DNA of 64,000 nt from a virus, in IMG/VR virus record IMGVR_UViG_3300012271_000011, positions 6,933 through 70,932 of that record. One strand, 5' to 3'. The notes below the pieces were generated by a model. It worked only from the letters and a program-made list of their open reading frames with translations, did no database searches and was not told the DNA's origin. Of this stretch, positions 28,221-38,035 are shown piece by piece (positions within the stretch are counted from its first letter, which is position 1; every line of letters starts with the position of its first letter). The position numbers were made by a program, and so were the translations under genes.

Positions 28221-28760
28221 ATGGCTTTATTTCTAACTTCAAGTCAAAGTTCTACTCTTGAACCTTTGAGAAGTAATCGTTGGATTATGCAGTTTACAAC
28301 TGTTCCTGGTGCGGCAAACAATGATGCAAATGAAAGACTTGCTTTTATGGCACATTCAGCCTCACGTCCTACCCTTACATTTGAAGAAACAGAACACCAA
28401 AGGCTTAATGAGAAATTTTACACTGCTGGTAAACCAGAGTGGAGTAATCTGTCTGTTGAGTTCTATGATTTCATTCAAGGTGAAAAATCTGTTTCTCATA
28501 TTCTTTGGGAATGGGCTAATCAGATTTATAATCCTGTAACTGGACAAATGTATTTTAAGTCACAGTATCAAACTTCAGCTACTTTAGCTATGTTAGATCC
28601 TGCTGGTGGTATTGTACAGGTCTGGAATTTATTTTACCTTTTTCCCACTGAAATTAACTGGAATGAGGTATCATCGGACAGTTCGGATATAATGAATGTA
28701 TCTGCTACTTTTAGGTATGATTACGCTATTAAAGGTGTAGATGTAGATACTTCACCGTAA
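28221..28760 (+). CDS. Tail tube protein (T4 gp19-like)
   Basis: EPLRSNRWIM, AGKPEW, YNPVTG, LDPAG..WNL..FPT, TFRYDYA; late motif and RBS upstream. Confidence 0.8.
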   Translation: MALFLTSSQSSTLEPLRSNRWIMQFTTVPGAANNDANERLAFMAHSASRPTLTFEETEHQRLNEKFYTAGKPEWSNLSVEFYDFIQGEKSVSHILWEWANQIYNPVTGQMYFKSQYQTSATLAMLDPAGGIVQVWNLFYLFPTEINWNEVSSDSSDIMNVSATFRYDYAIKGVDVDTSP

Positions 28761-28806
28761 GTCAACTACTTTTGAGTTTTCAGCTCAGGGGTTTTCTTGC
28801 CAGAAA
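28761..28806 (-). repeat. IS605-type end scar
   Basis: Minus strand ttctggcaagaaaacccctgagctgaaaactcaaaagtagttgac. Confidence 0.6.
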
Positions 28807-28812
28807 CTTAAT

Positions 28813-28842
28813 AAAAAGCAGCCAATATTGGCTGCTTTTTTT
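28813..28842. terminator. Bidirectional intrinsic terminator
   Basis: aaaaagcagccaatattggctgcttttttt palindrome with flanking A and T tracts. Confidence 0.8.
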
Positions 28843-28850
28843 ATCGAATT

Positions 28851-28891
28851 GGGCGTAAAACCACCACCCCTTTAGAGTAGGGGTAATTCAC
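28851..28891 (+). repeat. IS605-type end scar
   Basis: gggcgtaaaaccaccacccctttagagtaggggtaattcac. Confidence 0.65.
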
Positions 28892-28924
28892 CCTCATTAT
28901 TAACTCCTATGAGGTTGTCTTTAC

Positions 28925-29001
28925 AAAAAAAAAGGCCCCAAGTTTGCAAATCTTGGAGCCTGCTGAAGATATATGTGAATCACCGGACCAGTGCTACACC
29001 A
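28925..29001 (-). ncRNA. Candidate small late RNA (about 75 nt)
   Basis: GTAAAGTTAA at 29011-29002, no usable ORF, ends in ggctccaagatttgcaaacttggggcc followed by T9. Confidence 0.4.
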
Positions 29002-29034
29002 TTAACTTTACACCAACCTATAATAAACTATAGG

Positions 29035-29202
29035 TTACATAAGTTCTTTTGGTTTCCTAGCAGTATTTCCAGTCCTGGTGCAATAAGCAAGATGCCTCAT
29101 CTTACCATTCTCAAACCTAGTTTTCATTTTAATGTCGCCTCCCCATCTTGAGATAAGAGTTTGTGCTCCTCGTCTATGAGCATTTTTACTAATCTTGGGC
29201 AT
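29035..29202 (-). CDS. Small basic protein (55 aa, not in ORF track)
   Basis: AGGAGG RBS; MPKISKNAHRRGAQTLISRWGGDIKMK...; hairpin after the stop. Confidence 0.65.
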   Translation of the reverse strand: MPKISKNAHRRGAQTLISRWGGDIKMKTRFENGKMRHLAYCTRTGNTARKPKELM

Positions 29203-29214
29203 AAAAGCCTCCTT

Positions 29215-29463
29215 TTACTTTAGCTTGAAAGGAACAAAAAAGTTATTAAACCATTTTAAATCTTTAAAAACATAATAATCCTTATCAATATTTAAATGTT
29301 TTTCAATAGATGTGAGTAAGATTTCATAATCTAAATTCTTTAGGTTTGAAGATAAACGAATTTTATAAGAGTAACCTTTATCTTCTACTGTTGCCTTACT
29401 GAATCCATAATATTTGAGTCTTCTAAGAAACTCTTCTGCTGAAGTAATTTTAGTCTTTAACAT
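29215..29463 (-). CDS. Hypothetical protein
   Basis: ORF with GGAAGG RBS before MLKTK. Confidence 0.55.
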   Translation of the reverse strand: MLKTKITSAEEFLRRLKYYGFSKATVEDKGYSYKIRLSSNLKNLDYEILLTSIEKHLNIDKDYYVFKDLKWFNNFFVPFKLK

Positions 29464-29524
29464 TGTTCCTTCCAAAAATAAAACTGCCCCTTTTTACAGG
29501 GGCAGAGGGTTTAGAATAGATACA

Positions 29525-29995
29525 CTATTCTATGTCTACAGATCGTGCCTTCTCAGGTTCTTTTGAAGGTATTTCAACTGATAACAAGCCGTCTTTAAAA
29601 AATGCTTTTACATTATCAACATCATACTTATCGTGAGGAACGTAATATTTGTTTCTTGCTGAGGATCTTTTGATCCCTCTATTAAGATAACGCATATCCT
29701 TTTCCTCATCTTTCTTTATTGGGGTGATAGTTAATACCATCCAATCTCCTTGAAATGAAATCTCAATCTCATTCCTTACATAACCGGCCAGAGCAAACTC
29801 AAAATAGATATTTTTATCTCTATCTATTTTCCAGTCGGTGGGTGGAAAATTTGGAACACTTAAATTCCAACTCTCTTTCTTTCTTTGTCCATGGCCGTGG
29901 CCGTGGCCTTGTTCCATGAATGCCTCAAAACCATTCATGGCATCATTGAAGACACTTTCTAGGTCTTCCATGTCTAATACTGTTCTTGGTCCCAT
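29525..29995 (-). CDS. Small heat-shock protein (Hsp20)
   Basis: FPP, FALAGY, RGI, AFFKDGLLSVEIP; AGGAGG RBS before ATG 29995. Confidence 0.88.
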   Translation of the reverse strand: MGPRTVLDMEDLESVFNDAMNGFEAFMEQGHGHGHGQRKKESWNLSVPNFPPTDWKIDRDKNIYFEFALAGYVRNEIEISFQGDWMVLTITPIKKDEEKDMRYLNRGIKRSSARNKYYVPHDKYDVDNVKAFFKDGLLSVEIPSKEPEKARSVDIE

Positions 29996-30150
29996 ATGGC
30001 AACCTCCTAAAATATATTTTTGCTTCCTCTTATGAGGCAAGCAATGCTCCTTCACAAGGAGTTACTTTTATTATACACAACTTACATTTTTTTGTCAAGT
30101 CTATGTTTATATTTACGAGTTTATAAAACCAGTATAGTTTTTTACAACTC

Positions 30151-30966
30151 CTAATAAAACTTCTTCTTAATAAACTTCTTCCATTTCTTTCTATCAAATT
30201 CTTTTTCTTTTATATTATCTTTTACCTTTGTAGAAAATTTATATTTTTCTGTTCTATTTTGTAGTTTATTTAAGCTATCTTTTTTTGTCAATTCTGAAAC
30301 AGCATAAAGTAAAGCTATTACCCATTTACTCTCAAGTTGTGCTTCAATCTGATTCCATCTAAAGTCATAAGACCATTCAAACATGTTAGTAAGTCTTTGT
30401 CTTATTTTTCTTTGAATGCTTTTAGGGAAAATATCTCCAAGTAATCTACCTTCTCTTCTTTTACTATCCATAAACCATTGCCTTATTTTTCTTATTACAA
30501 ATCCACTCCAAGGCTCCCCTAAAGCATCTTCCATAATCATTCTTGGTGGAGCTTGCTTTAATTTAAAGTTCATTTTAAAACTACCGAATTTTTTCTTTCC
30601 TCTCATTCTATTAGTAGCCTCATCTAACCACTTATCTGTTTTTAAATGAAAGGTAGCTTTAGTATGATCAAAATCATTTAGTTCCATATATCTTTGGTCA
30701 TAAGAGGTAATATTATCAAATATAGCTTTTTTTAAAGAAGTATTATCTATATCTCTTAGATTAAGATTATCTGAAGGGTTCTCCATTCTCTGTTTAGAGT
30801 TAATATTAACTAAGTATTCTACCTTATAAGTGGAGCCGATATCCTTACTTCTTAAAAATTGTAATGACACCTCATTTTTAGAGATTTTTAACTTATTAGT
30901 ATTATTTGCAATAGTTCTTATTTCGTTAATAGAGGTTTCTCTAAACGGTGACGTATTTACAAGCAT
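30151..30966 (-). CDS. Hypothetical late protein
   Basis: Third gene of a coupled operon under the late motif. Confidence 0.6.
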   Translation of the reverse strand: MLVNTSPFRETSINEIRTIANNTNKLKISKNEVSLQFLRSKDIGSTYKVEYLVNINSKQRMENPSDNLNLRDIDNTSLKKAIFDNITSYDQRYMELNDFDHTKATFHLKTDKWLDEATNRMRGKKKFGSFKMNFKLKQAPPRMIMEDALGEPWSGFVIRKIRQWFMDSKRREGRLLGDIFPKSIQRKIRQRLTNMFEWSYDFRWNQIEAQLESKWVIALLYAVSELTKKDSLNKLQNRTEKYKFSTKVKDNIKEKEFDRKKWKKFIKKKFY

Positions 30967-31286
30967 CAGACCAACCTTTTTCTTTTAATGTAATCAGAAA
31001 AACTCTCTCCTGCTTTTAACTTTTCACTTTTAGTTTCTGGAATTTTTAAGTTAATAAGTGAGTTTTGTTCAAATCTTCTTTCCATGTCTTTTTCTGCTTT
31101 TGTCTTTGCGACAGTGTAATTCTCTGTCCTTTTTCCTATAGCATTCTTCTTCATACTTTTAGGAGTATCAAGACCGCCTTTCTGGTAGTTTCTACTAAGA
31201 TTATTATTCCAAAAAGCTTTCCTGCTTTTTACATAATCCTCATCGCCTTCTCCAGTAATACTCTCTATTATTTTCTTAAGCCTCAT
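30966..31286 (-). CDS. Hypothetical late protein
   Basis: Start MRLKKIIES at 31286 with AGGAG RBS. Confidence 0.6.
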   Translation of the reverse strand: MRLKKIIESITGEGDEDYVKSRKAFWNNNLSRNYQKGGLDTPKSMKKNAIGKRTENYTVAKTKAEKDMERRFEQNSLINLKIPETKSEKLKAGESFSDYIKRKRLV

Positions 31287-32643
31287 CTTTCTCTCCTTCA
31301 AAAGATTTTTGAACTTCTTCCTTTGATTTAAATAAATTCTTAGCATCTTCTAATTCTGATAATTTTAATGTTTGTAAAAGTTTATATTGATTTAACTTTT
31401 TATAATCTTCACTACTTAACTTTTCTTTTAAGCTTGCTTTAAAATTATCTATTGCTTTTTCAATATTTCTTCTTGCTTCTTTTACATCTTCAGATTCTTT
31501 TCTTCTCTCTGACTTTCCTTCAAAATCTTTTTCTTTTACCCTAAGATAATAATTACTCATATCTCCGGAAAGCTCAGGGGCATTTTTAGCTCTTCCCCAT
31601 ATCTTACTCTCATTATCAGTAAAACGAATATCTTTCTTCATTTTATCAATATTGTTATTATGTTTTTTAATACCTTTTTTCTTCTCTTCTATCATTTCAT
31701 TAAGCATCTGATTATACATATTTTTAAATGCATTACCTTCTGCCTGAGTTAACTTTCTTCTTATATTCTCTTGGAAAATGTAAGTATTTATAGCATTATC
31801 AAGAGAAGCATCATACTCATCTGGATCGTATTTTCCAGTGAGTTTATTAATATACCCTTTAAAACTATCTATTGCTTGTTTTGTGTTATCTGATTTTAGA
31901 TCTCCCATAGTTCTCTTAAAAGCAGAATCTATTTGATTTTTATATTCTCTTACTTTTTCAATTGAAACACCTTCTGGATATTTAGCTTTACTTATATATC
32001 TTTTCACAAAGGTATCCATCTTTTTATTTATTTTTGCTTTTTCATCTGATGTGAGTTCTTTCTGTGAAGAGAGCATTCTTTTTATTTCAAAAAGACTTTT
32101 AAGTTGGTTTTCAAGATTATCTACAGTTCTAAGCTCACTTTGTAAATCCTCCCCATAACTTTTTCTATCTTCTATTTTATTTTTACCAGATTCCTTAGCT
32201 CTTTCCCATTCCTTTTTAGATATACCCACTACTTCTTTTCCGGTAGTAGTTTGAGCTTCTCTCATTTTTCTCTTTATTAAGTTATAAGGGGCAAGCACTT
32301 CTCTTCTAAAATCTGTTATCTCTTTTATGAGTTTTTTTCCATATTTATTATATAAGTCAGCCAAAAAGCTTTTCTGTTCCCTGGTGAGCTTATATACATC
32401 CTCTCCGGTCGTTTTTCCGGCTGTTGCTCTTGTTTTTTCTTTAAATTTTTCTCCTGAAGCTTTTACTTCAGAAGACTTTTTACTTTTTTTCTCTTTTGCG
32501 GGAGCTTTAAATTTATCTAAAGCTTTCTTCTTAAAAGCTGTCAATGCTATTAAAGAAGGAATTTGTATAGCTTCATCTAAATGAACCGTTTCGCTTTCTG
32601 CTGAGAATACATTTATTAATAAATCGTCAAAGTTATTAGGCAT
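31276..32643 (-). CDS. Putative internal virion protein (helical, K/E-rich)
   Basis: Late motif at 32667-32676; AGGTGG RBS. Confidence 0.55.
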   Translation of the reverse strand: MPNNFDDLLINVFSAESETVHLDEAIQIPSLIALTAFKKKALDKFKAPAKEKKSKKSSEVKASGEKFKEKTRATAGKTTGEDVYKLTREQKSFLADLYNKYGKKLIKEITDFRREVLAPYNLIKRKMREAQTTTGKEVVGISKKEWERAKESGKNKIEDRKSYGEDLQSELRTVDNLENQLKSLFEIKRMLSSQKELTSDEKAKINKKMDTFVKRYISKAKYPEGVSIEKVREYKNQIDSAFKRTMGDLKSDNTKQAIDSFKGYINKLTGKYDPDEYDASLDNAINTYIFQENIRRKLTQAEGNAFKNMYNQMLNEMIEEKKKGIKKHNNNIDKMKKDIRFTDNESKIWGRAKNAPELSGDMSNYYLRVKEKDFEGKSERRKESEDVKEARRNIEKAIDNFKASLKEKLSSEDYKKLNQYKLLQTLKLSELEDAKNLFKSKEEVQKSFEGEKDEA

Positions 32644-32672
32644 TAATATCCACCTTTATTTTTATATTAACT

Positions 32673-34031
32673 TTACTTTTTCGGTAGGAGGACTTCAAAA
32701 CCTTCTTTTTTATAAATTTTAGCTCTTTCCTTTGAATGTCTTAAGGTAAACTTATTTCCTCTATCAATAAAGTCATATACATCAACATTAAACTTTCCAG
32801 CCTCTTTATCTGTTCTTAACCCTCTTCCTAACCTCTGAACAGTCTCTATTTTACTTTTCCCGCCAGAGGCAATTACAAGTAGGCGAATAGCATCAATAGA
32901 AATACCTTCATTGAAAATAGATGTTGCTATAATTACTTTTAAGTCTCCATTTTCAAAACTATCTATTGCCTCTTGTCTCTCATTTGAGCTGTTCTTACCA
33001 CTTAAAAATAAAGAATCTGATAGTATCTCTTCTAATAATTCTCCATGAATAATATGCTTTACTAATATTAAAGTTGAAGTATTATATTCATCTACTAATC
33101 CTTTAATTATATTATTTCTATCTTCATTCTCTGCTATACACATTTTATAAGCAGTTGTCCAATCAGGAGTTGGTCTTCCATCTGATTCTGTAAAACGGAT
33201 AGTTGGTTTTGCTAAAACCTTCTTTTCCATTAATAGTTTTGAATCTATTTCATATATAGTATTTCCTAGATATTGTCTTATCTTAGCCCACTTAAAGTGA
33301 TCTCCTGAATTAGGAGTAGCTGAAAATCCATATCTTAAAGGGAAGTTTGTATTATATAAAAAATCTTGAAATGTGTCGGCAGAGCTTTTATGACATTCAT
33401 CAATTATTAAACATTTAAATTTTGTAAGGGATGGAAGCTTTCTTATTGATTGGATTGTAGAGACAACAACATCTCCATCTTCAACCTTTTTTCCATGAGC
33501 AATACCTACATTCTTTATTCCGGCTTCTATAATTCTCTTTCTTGTTTGTTCCACAAGAGAAACTTTATCCATTACAACAATAGTTTTTAGTTTTGAGGTT
33601 TTAATAAATGCAATAAAAATTTCGGTTTTACCTGAACTAGTTGGAGCTTTTATTATACCAGTGTTAGTTTTTAACATAGCAGCTAAAGCATCTTCCTGAT
33701 GCTCTGTTTCTGTGAAATGTTCTGGAAAATATTGACGGGTGTTTGTTATTTTAGATTGAAAAGAAAAACGGGTTCTCTTATCTTCTATATTCTCTATATT
33801 ACAGTTTTCTTTTGCAAACAATAAAAACTCTTTAAGAAAACCAGAAAATAAAAACCCATATTCTTTCGTAAACTTTATAAAAGGGACTTTTTTTATTTTG
33901 CGAGAATCAAATTTTCCACCTGCGAAAACATTTGATTTATCATCATAAGTAAAGCGTCTCTTTAGAGACGCTTGTTCTTTTTTTGTAGCTTCTTTTACAA
34001 CTATAAACTTATCATTAATATAAATTTTCAT
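32673..34031 (-). CDS. SF2 DNA helicase (UvsW-like)
   Basis: PTSSGKT, DECH, SATP, EGISI, QRLGRGLR. Confidence 0.9.
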   Translation of the reverse strand: MKIYINDKFIVVKEATKKEQASLKRRFTYDDKSNVFAGGKFDSRKIKKVPFIKFTKEYGFLFSGFLKEFLLFAKENCNIENIEDKRTRFSFQSKITNTRQYFPEHFTETEHQEDALAAMLKTNTGIIKAPTSSGKTEIFIAFIKTSKLKTIVVMDKVSLVEQTRKRIIEAGIKNVGIAHGKKVEDGDVVVSTIQSIRKLPSLTKFKCLIIDECHKSSADTFQDFLYNTNFPLRYGFSATPNSGDHFKWAKIRQYLGNTIYEIDSKLLMEKKVLAKPTIRFTESDGRPTPDWTTAYKMCIAENEDRNNIIKGLVDEYNTSTLILVKHIIHGELLEEILSDSLFLSGKNSSNERQEAIDSFENGDLKVIIATSIFNEGISIDAIRLLVIASGGKSKIETVQRLGRGLRTDKEAGKFNVDVYDFIDRGNKFTLRHSKERAKIYKKEGFEVLLPKK

Positions 34032-34066
34032 GTATTTAATATATGATATTTATATTTTTTTGTCAA

Positions 34067-34369
34067 TTATTCATATGTTGCCATAATACTTGACTCTTTT
34101 GTTAATGCATACATATATTCATCATCATCTTGAAGGCCTTTCATATCATATTCATTAAAGATAACTTTATCTCCAACTTTTACACCTTTTACATCTGGAC
34201 CAAGTTCATGTATTACAAAGTCATATTTTCCAGGTGAAACTCCTTTAGTGCTGCTATCTTCTTCCTGATAAGGAAGAACTATTCCACTTTTTGTTTTCTT
34301 CTCGCCTTCATCTCCTTTCTTACTAAAATAAATAAGAACATACTCACCTTTTGGATGAAATTTTTTCAT
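34067..34369 (-). CDS. GroES-like co-chaperonin
   Basis: HPKGEYVLI, KTKSGIVLP, GPDVKGVKVGDKVIF. Confidence 0.85.
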   Translation of the reverse strand: MKKFHPKGEYVLIYFSKKGDEGEKKTKSGIVLPYQEEDSSTKGVSPGKYDFVIHELGPDVKGVKVGDKVIFNEYDMKGLQDDDEYMYALTKESSIMATYE

Positions 34370-34400
34370 ATCAGCTTCTCTCCTTTATTATATTTATGAT

Positions 34401-35675
34401 TTAACTTTCTAAGTCTCTAATCATTTCTTTTTTCATATCAGCTTCATCTTCAATATTATAATCCTCATCATCATCAACATCATTTACTTCTTCAATATCA
34501 TTAGCTTGAAATTTCTCTCTCATCTTTTTCATTTCTATTTCTTTCTTTTCTAAAAGATCCTGTAATTTTAGAATATATTCATTTTCTTTTTTTGCTATCA
34601 TTGGAATGAAGTTTTTTTTCATAAACTTATTCTCTCCAAATAACCCAGGTAATGAATACCAAGCTCCGCCTGCTTTCTCAATAACACCAAAATCTTTACA
34701 AAGATTAAATAGTCCAGAAAGTCTAACAGGCCCATGTCCCATATCAAGTAGAAATGGTATTGTTCTCATTTCAGTCCCAAAACGAGATTTTACCATCTTT
34801 GCTTTAATAGGTTTCATTGTTCTACCAATGGCAGTTCTAATACTAGCTTTTTCATCTTCAAGTTCTTTTGATGACATATCATCATTTTCGGCACTATTTC
34901 TTAAGTCCACTGTAATAGATGGATTATACATTGCTGCCTCTCCGCCATTTGCCACATACCTTCCAGATCCATCTAATACTTGATAAACTTTATTTGTAAA
35001 TACAAAAGAAATATTGCTTCTCTCAAATTCTACACTAAAATTTCTAAAAAAGTTATTTATATCTTGAACTCTACGACCTACATCAAGTGTTCCAGATAAA
35101 CCTCTTACTGATTGAACATTAGCTAAACTATCTAATACAATAAGAACTTTAGAATTTATTTTATTAAATACAAAAGTATTTATAAGTCTCTGTATTTTAG
35201 AAGTTAACCCTTCCACATAAATATACTTATCTGTTTCAAGTTTAGTTGAAGGTAAATCAGAATCTTTTATTTCTTCAACCTTTCCAGTTTTCTTTATTAT
35301 TCTATAACTAGTAAAAGTCTTTGAACCAAATCTTCTAACCTTACTGGGATTTACTCCAGCAAAATCAATAAGCTCTTTAGAGTTACCACCACCCTCAGTA
35401 TCTATTAAAATAATCATATCAAGTTTGGGATCTCTCATGGCTGTAGCTGCAAGTAATGATTTACCTACTCCGCTTGTTCCTTGAAATGCTACAACTCTTC
35501 CAAGAGGAATTCCACCTAATAGGTTTTTACTCATTGTATAGTTTAATGAATATATACCCGTATCAAACCAATCTTTTATTTTTGTATCTTCTTTTGATAG
35601 ATCTTTCATGTCTCCAAACTCTTTGGAAATAATCTTATCAAGTTCAGAAAAATTTTTATTTTGTATTTCTGCCAT
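34401..35675 (-). CDS. RecA/UvsX-like recombinase
   Basis: GGIPLGR, GTSGVGKS, IDTEG, LDSLA, KSRF, GGAWY. Confidence 0.9.
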   Translation of the reverse strand: MAEIQNKNFSELDKIISKEFGDMKDLSKEDTKIKDWFDTGIYSLNYTMSKNLLGGIPLGRVVAFQGTSGVGKSLLAATAMRDPKLDMIILIDTEGGGNSKELIDFAGVNPSKVRRFGSKTFTSYRIIKKTGKVEEIKDSDLPSTKLETDKYIYVEGLTSKIQRLINTFVFNKINSKVLIVLDSLANVQSVRGLSGTLDVGRRVQDINNFFRNFSVEFERSNISFVFTNKVYQVLDGSGRYVANGGEAAMYNPSITVDLRNSAENDDMSSKELEDEKASIRTAIGRTMKPIKAKMVKSRFGTEMRTIPFLLDMGHGPVRLSGLFNLCKDFGVIEKAGGAWYSLPGLFGENKFMKKNFIPMIAKKENEYILKLQDLLEKKEIEMKKMREKFQANDIEEVNDVDDDEDYNIEDEADMKKEMIRDLES

Positions 35676-35693
35676 CTTCTTCTCCTAAGTTGC

Positions 35694-35768
35694 GTGAACT
35701 ACCACCACCTCTATAGGTGGATAACTTCTTGGTCAATACTACTACTGTAGCAAGTTCGAACCGACCTC
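35694..35768. repeat. IS605/TnpB-type end remnant (second copy of 6289-6378)
   Basis: gtgaactaccaccacct..acttcttggtcaatactact..gtagcaagtt..cgacctct. Confidence 0.8.
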
Positions 35769-35811
35769 TCTAACAATATATCTTTTATTACATTGCTAGT
35801 CTTTTTAAATG

Positions 35812-35839
35812 AAAAACCCTCTATTATAGAGGGTTTTTT
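35812..35839 (-). terminator. Terminator after SSB
   Basis: aaaaaccctctattatagagggttttt. Confidence 0.75.
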
Positions 35840-35841
35840 AC

Positions 35842-36696
35842 TTAGTCCGTAAACTCACTTAAGATATCATCAATATCTTCATCAGTGGCCTCAGCCTCTT
35901 TATCCTGATAATCCTCAGTCATTGGACTATCTTCAGCAGGCTCTTCTTTTTTAGTAGCTGGTTTACTTGCAACTTTATTTTTTGGTGTATCACTCTCAAG
36001 CCCAAGATACTCATTAAGAGCTTCTGTCATTTCTTCTTTCCCTCTAAATTCAAGTAAAGAGTTATATTTCATTTGAGAAGCTTTTTCAAAGGCTACAAGC
36101 AATTTTTCTTTATCATCAAAGACAGGTTTGTTGTTTGCGGCTGGAGTAGAAGTAGAATACTCGGAATTTCTACCTGTTCCAGTTTTTACAAGATTAAAGT
36201 CTCGTCCGATTTTTGGATCAATAATATTACCGAAATCACTTTCAACAATAATATGATATAGCTTCTTCCAAACAGTAGGACCATACTCATAAAACTCAGG
36301 TTGTTCTGGCTGATCTTTATCTCTTACTATAACACGAGAGAGATAACGTTGTTTTGCCTTAATTTGTCCAGCAAGCTTCCATTCATCACTATCTCTTTCG
36401 GAAGTGCTATAAAGTTTTTTAGTATAAGAGCAAATTGGGCAACGCTCGGCTTCATGATAATTTCCATTTACGTCTTCAAAAGATTGATTGAGGCATTCAA
36501 ACGGAATCCCACCAATGAAGTGAATCTTGTGAGAAAAGTAAAACTTTGTTTCTTCAAGTTTTTTCATGGGAGGGAGAAAGCGAATAGAGAAAGTCCCTTC
36601 TTCTTTTGATTTTGGACCCCAGAACTTTTTGTTTCCGCCCTGCTTGTCCTTGTTCATCTCGTTAATCATAGCTTGTTTTTCTTGTTCGTTCATCAC
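35842..36696 (-). CDS. Single-stranded DNA-binding protein (T4 gp32-like)
   Basis: IRFLPP, H..C..CPIC, DPKIGRDFNL, acidic tail. Confidence 0.88.
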   Translation of the reverse strand: MMNEQEKQAMINEMNKDKQGGNKKFWGPKSKEEGTFSIRFLPPMKKLEETKFYFSHKIHFIGGIPFECLNQSFEDVNGNYHEAERCPICSYTKKLYSTSERDSDEWKLAGQIKAKQRYLSRVIVRDKDQPEQPEFYEYGPTVWKKLYHIIVESDFGNIIDPKIGRDFNLVKTGTGRNSEYSTSTPAANNKPVFDDKEKLLVAFEKASQMKYNSLLEFRGKEEMTEALNEYLGLESDTPKNKVASKPATKKEEPAEDSPMTEDYQDKEAEATDEDIDDILSEFTD

Positions 36697-36816
36697 GAAT
36701 CTCCTTTTTGTCCTTCGCCATTTAAACCAATACGGGTCATAACAGGCATAAGGTTCTTTAAAATAATTTTGTTAATGCTCCCCATTACATGAGGATATGT
36801 TTACATTATATATGTA

Positions 36817-37194
36817 TTATTCTTTCTTGTCAAGAAATATTTTCATCAGATCTAATCTTTTTTTTATTTCTTGATCTGCTTTAATTAAATCCTCTTCTAC
36901 AAGAACTTCACTTGCCATATTTTCCCAAGTTTCTTTTGTTTTGTCAAGCTCTTCAAAAGTATATTCCTTACCTTTTAACTTTACTAATTCTTCATCAACT
37001 AAATGTTTTGAATTCTTATGAAAGACTATATTTATAATAGTTCCTACATAATTACCCCAAATAAAATCATAATAGTCCCTCTCAGAAAAACCATCTTCAG
37101 AAAAGGTTTGTTTTATTTCTTGTAAAGTAGTATCCACGTCAAACCTATATGTCTCATTATCATTAAACAATAATGTTCCTTTTTTTATGATCAT
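36817..37194 (-). CDS. Hypothetical protein
   Basis: AGGAG RBS; 125 aa. Confidence 0.65.
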   Translation of the reverse strand: MIIKKGTLLFNDNETYRFDVDTTLQEIKQTFSEDGFSERDYYDFIWGNYVGTIINIVFHKNSKHLVDEELVKLKGKEYTFEELDKTKETWENMASEVLVEEDLIKADQEIKKRLDLMKIFLDKKE

Positions 37195-37261
37195 TTATTT
37201 CTCCTTTAATTTATATCAGTAAAGTTAATATAAAAATAGTTTCTTGTCAAGGAGAAAAAAG

Positions 37262-37966
37262 ATGATAAAAGCTTATATAGCGATTGAACTTAGTAATGGG
37301 AATACAATTAAATATGTTCGTGATGTAGTAACAGATAGTGCTGGAGTTGATAATTATTATTATAAATATAAAGGGCCTGGTTATCAAGAACTTGGTTTAG
37401 ATCAAGTATCAAGTTATGATAATAGTGGATTAAAAGAAAATACTGCTTATTACTTTATTGTTAGTATTAATGGAGCTGCTCAAGCAGAATACTCTATTAC
37501 CACCGGAACAAGAACCACATTTGGTGATATTGTTAATCTAATGAATAATCAAATATCAGCTGATGGTGCTAAGTTTGAAATTAGAAGAACTGGAGATATT
37601 AGATGTTATTCACTCTCTAGTGCAGCAAGCACATCAATAGAGCTTTCTGTTGGAGCAACTGGAACGGATTTATTTACATCTCTTAAAGGATTTTCTTCTT
37701 TTGATACTGCTACCCCTGGTGAACAATATGCTGATTTAACTACAGAGGGAAAAATCAAAAGTGATTATGATAGCTTAGTAACTTCATTAACAGGATCTAC
37801 TGCTCCATATGAACTATTATCATTTCCTGAAAGTGCTGGGCCCACTACAGAGTTAATAAGAAAAAGCCATACTAATAGTAATGGAGAATTAGGAGAGATT
37901 CACTTGTCTATACCAGTTGGACAAATAGTTTTAATTGAAGTGATTGAAGGTGAAGAAGTAGAGTGA
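37262..37966 (+). CDS. Putative virion protein sharing a module with the baseplate wedge
   Basis: Late motif 37219-37228; AGGAG RBS before ATG 37262; GYQELGL..YYF..EYSITTG module. Confidence 0.6.
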   Translation: MIKAYIAIELSNGNTIKYVRDVVTDSAGVDNYYYKYKGPGYQELGLDQVSSYDNSGLKENTAYYFIVSINGAAQAEYSITTGTRTTFGDIVNLMNNQISADGAKFEIRRTGDIRCYSLSSAASTSIELSVGATGTDLFTSLKGFSSFDTATPGEQYADLTTEGKIKSDYDSLVTSLTGSTAPYELLSFPESAGPTTELIRKSHTNSNGELGEIHLSIPVGQIVLIEVIEGEEVE

Positions 37967-38002
37967 ACTATCCCTTTAGAATAGTGTTTTACGCACAGCC
38001 TA
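37963..38002 (-). repeat. IS605-type mini scar
   Basis: Minus strand tataggctgtgcgtaaaacactattctaaagggatagttcac. Confidence 0.7.
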
Positions 38003-38007
38003 TAAAA

Positions 38008-38035
38008 GAAAAGCACCTCATATGAGGTGCTTTTT
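38008..38035. terminator. Bidirectional terminator
   Basis: aaaagcacctcatatgaggtgcttttt. Confidence 0.8.

Noticed and set aside
28909-29151. Plus-strand 80-aa ORF
   Set aside because: The minus strand has a better-supported gene, late motif and terminator here
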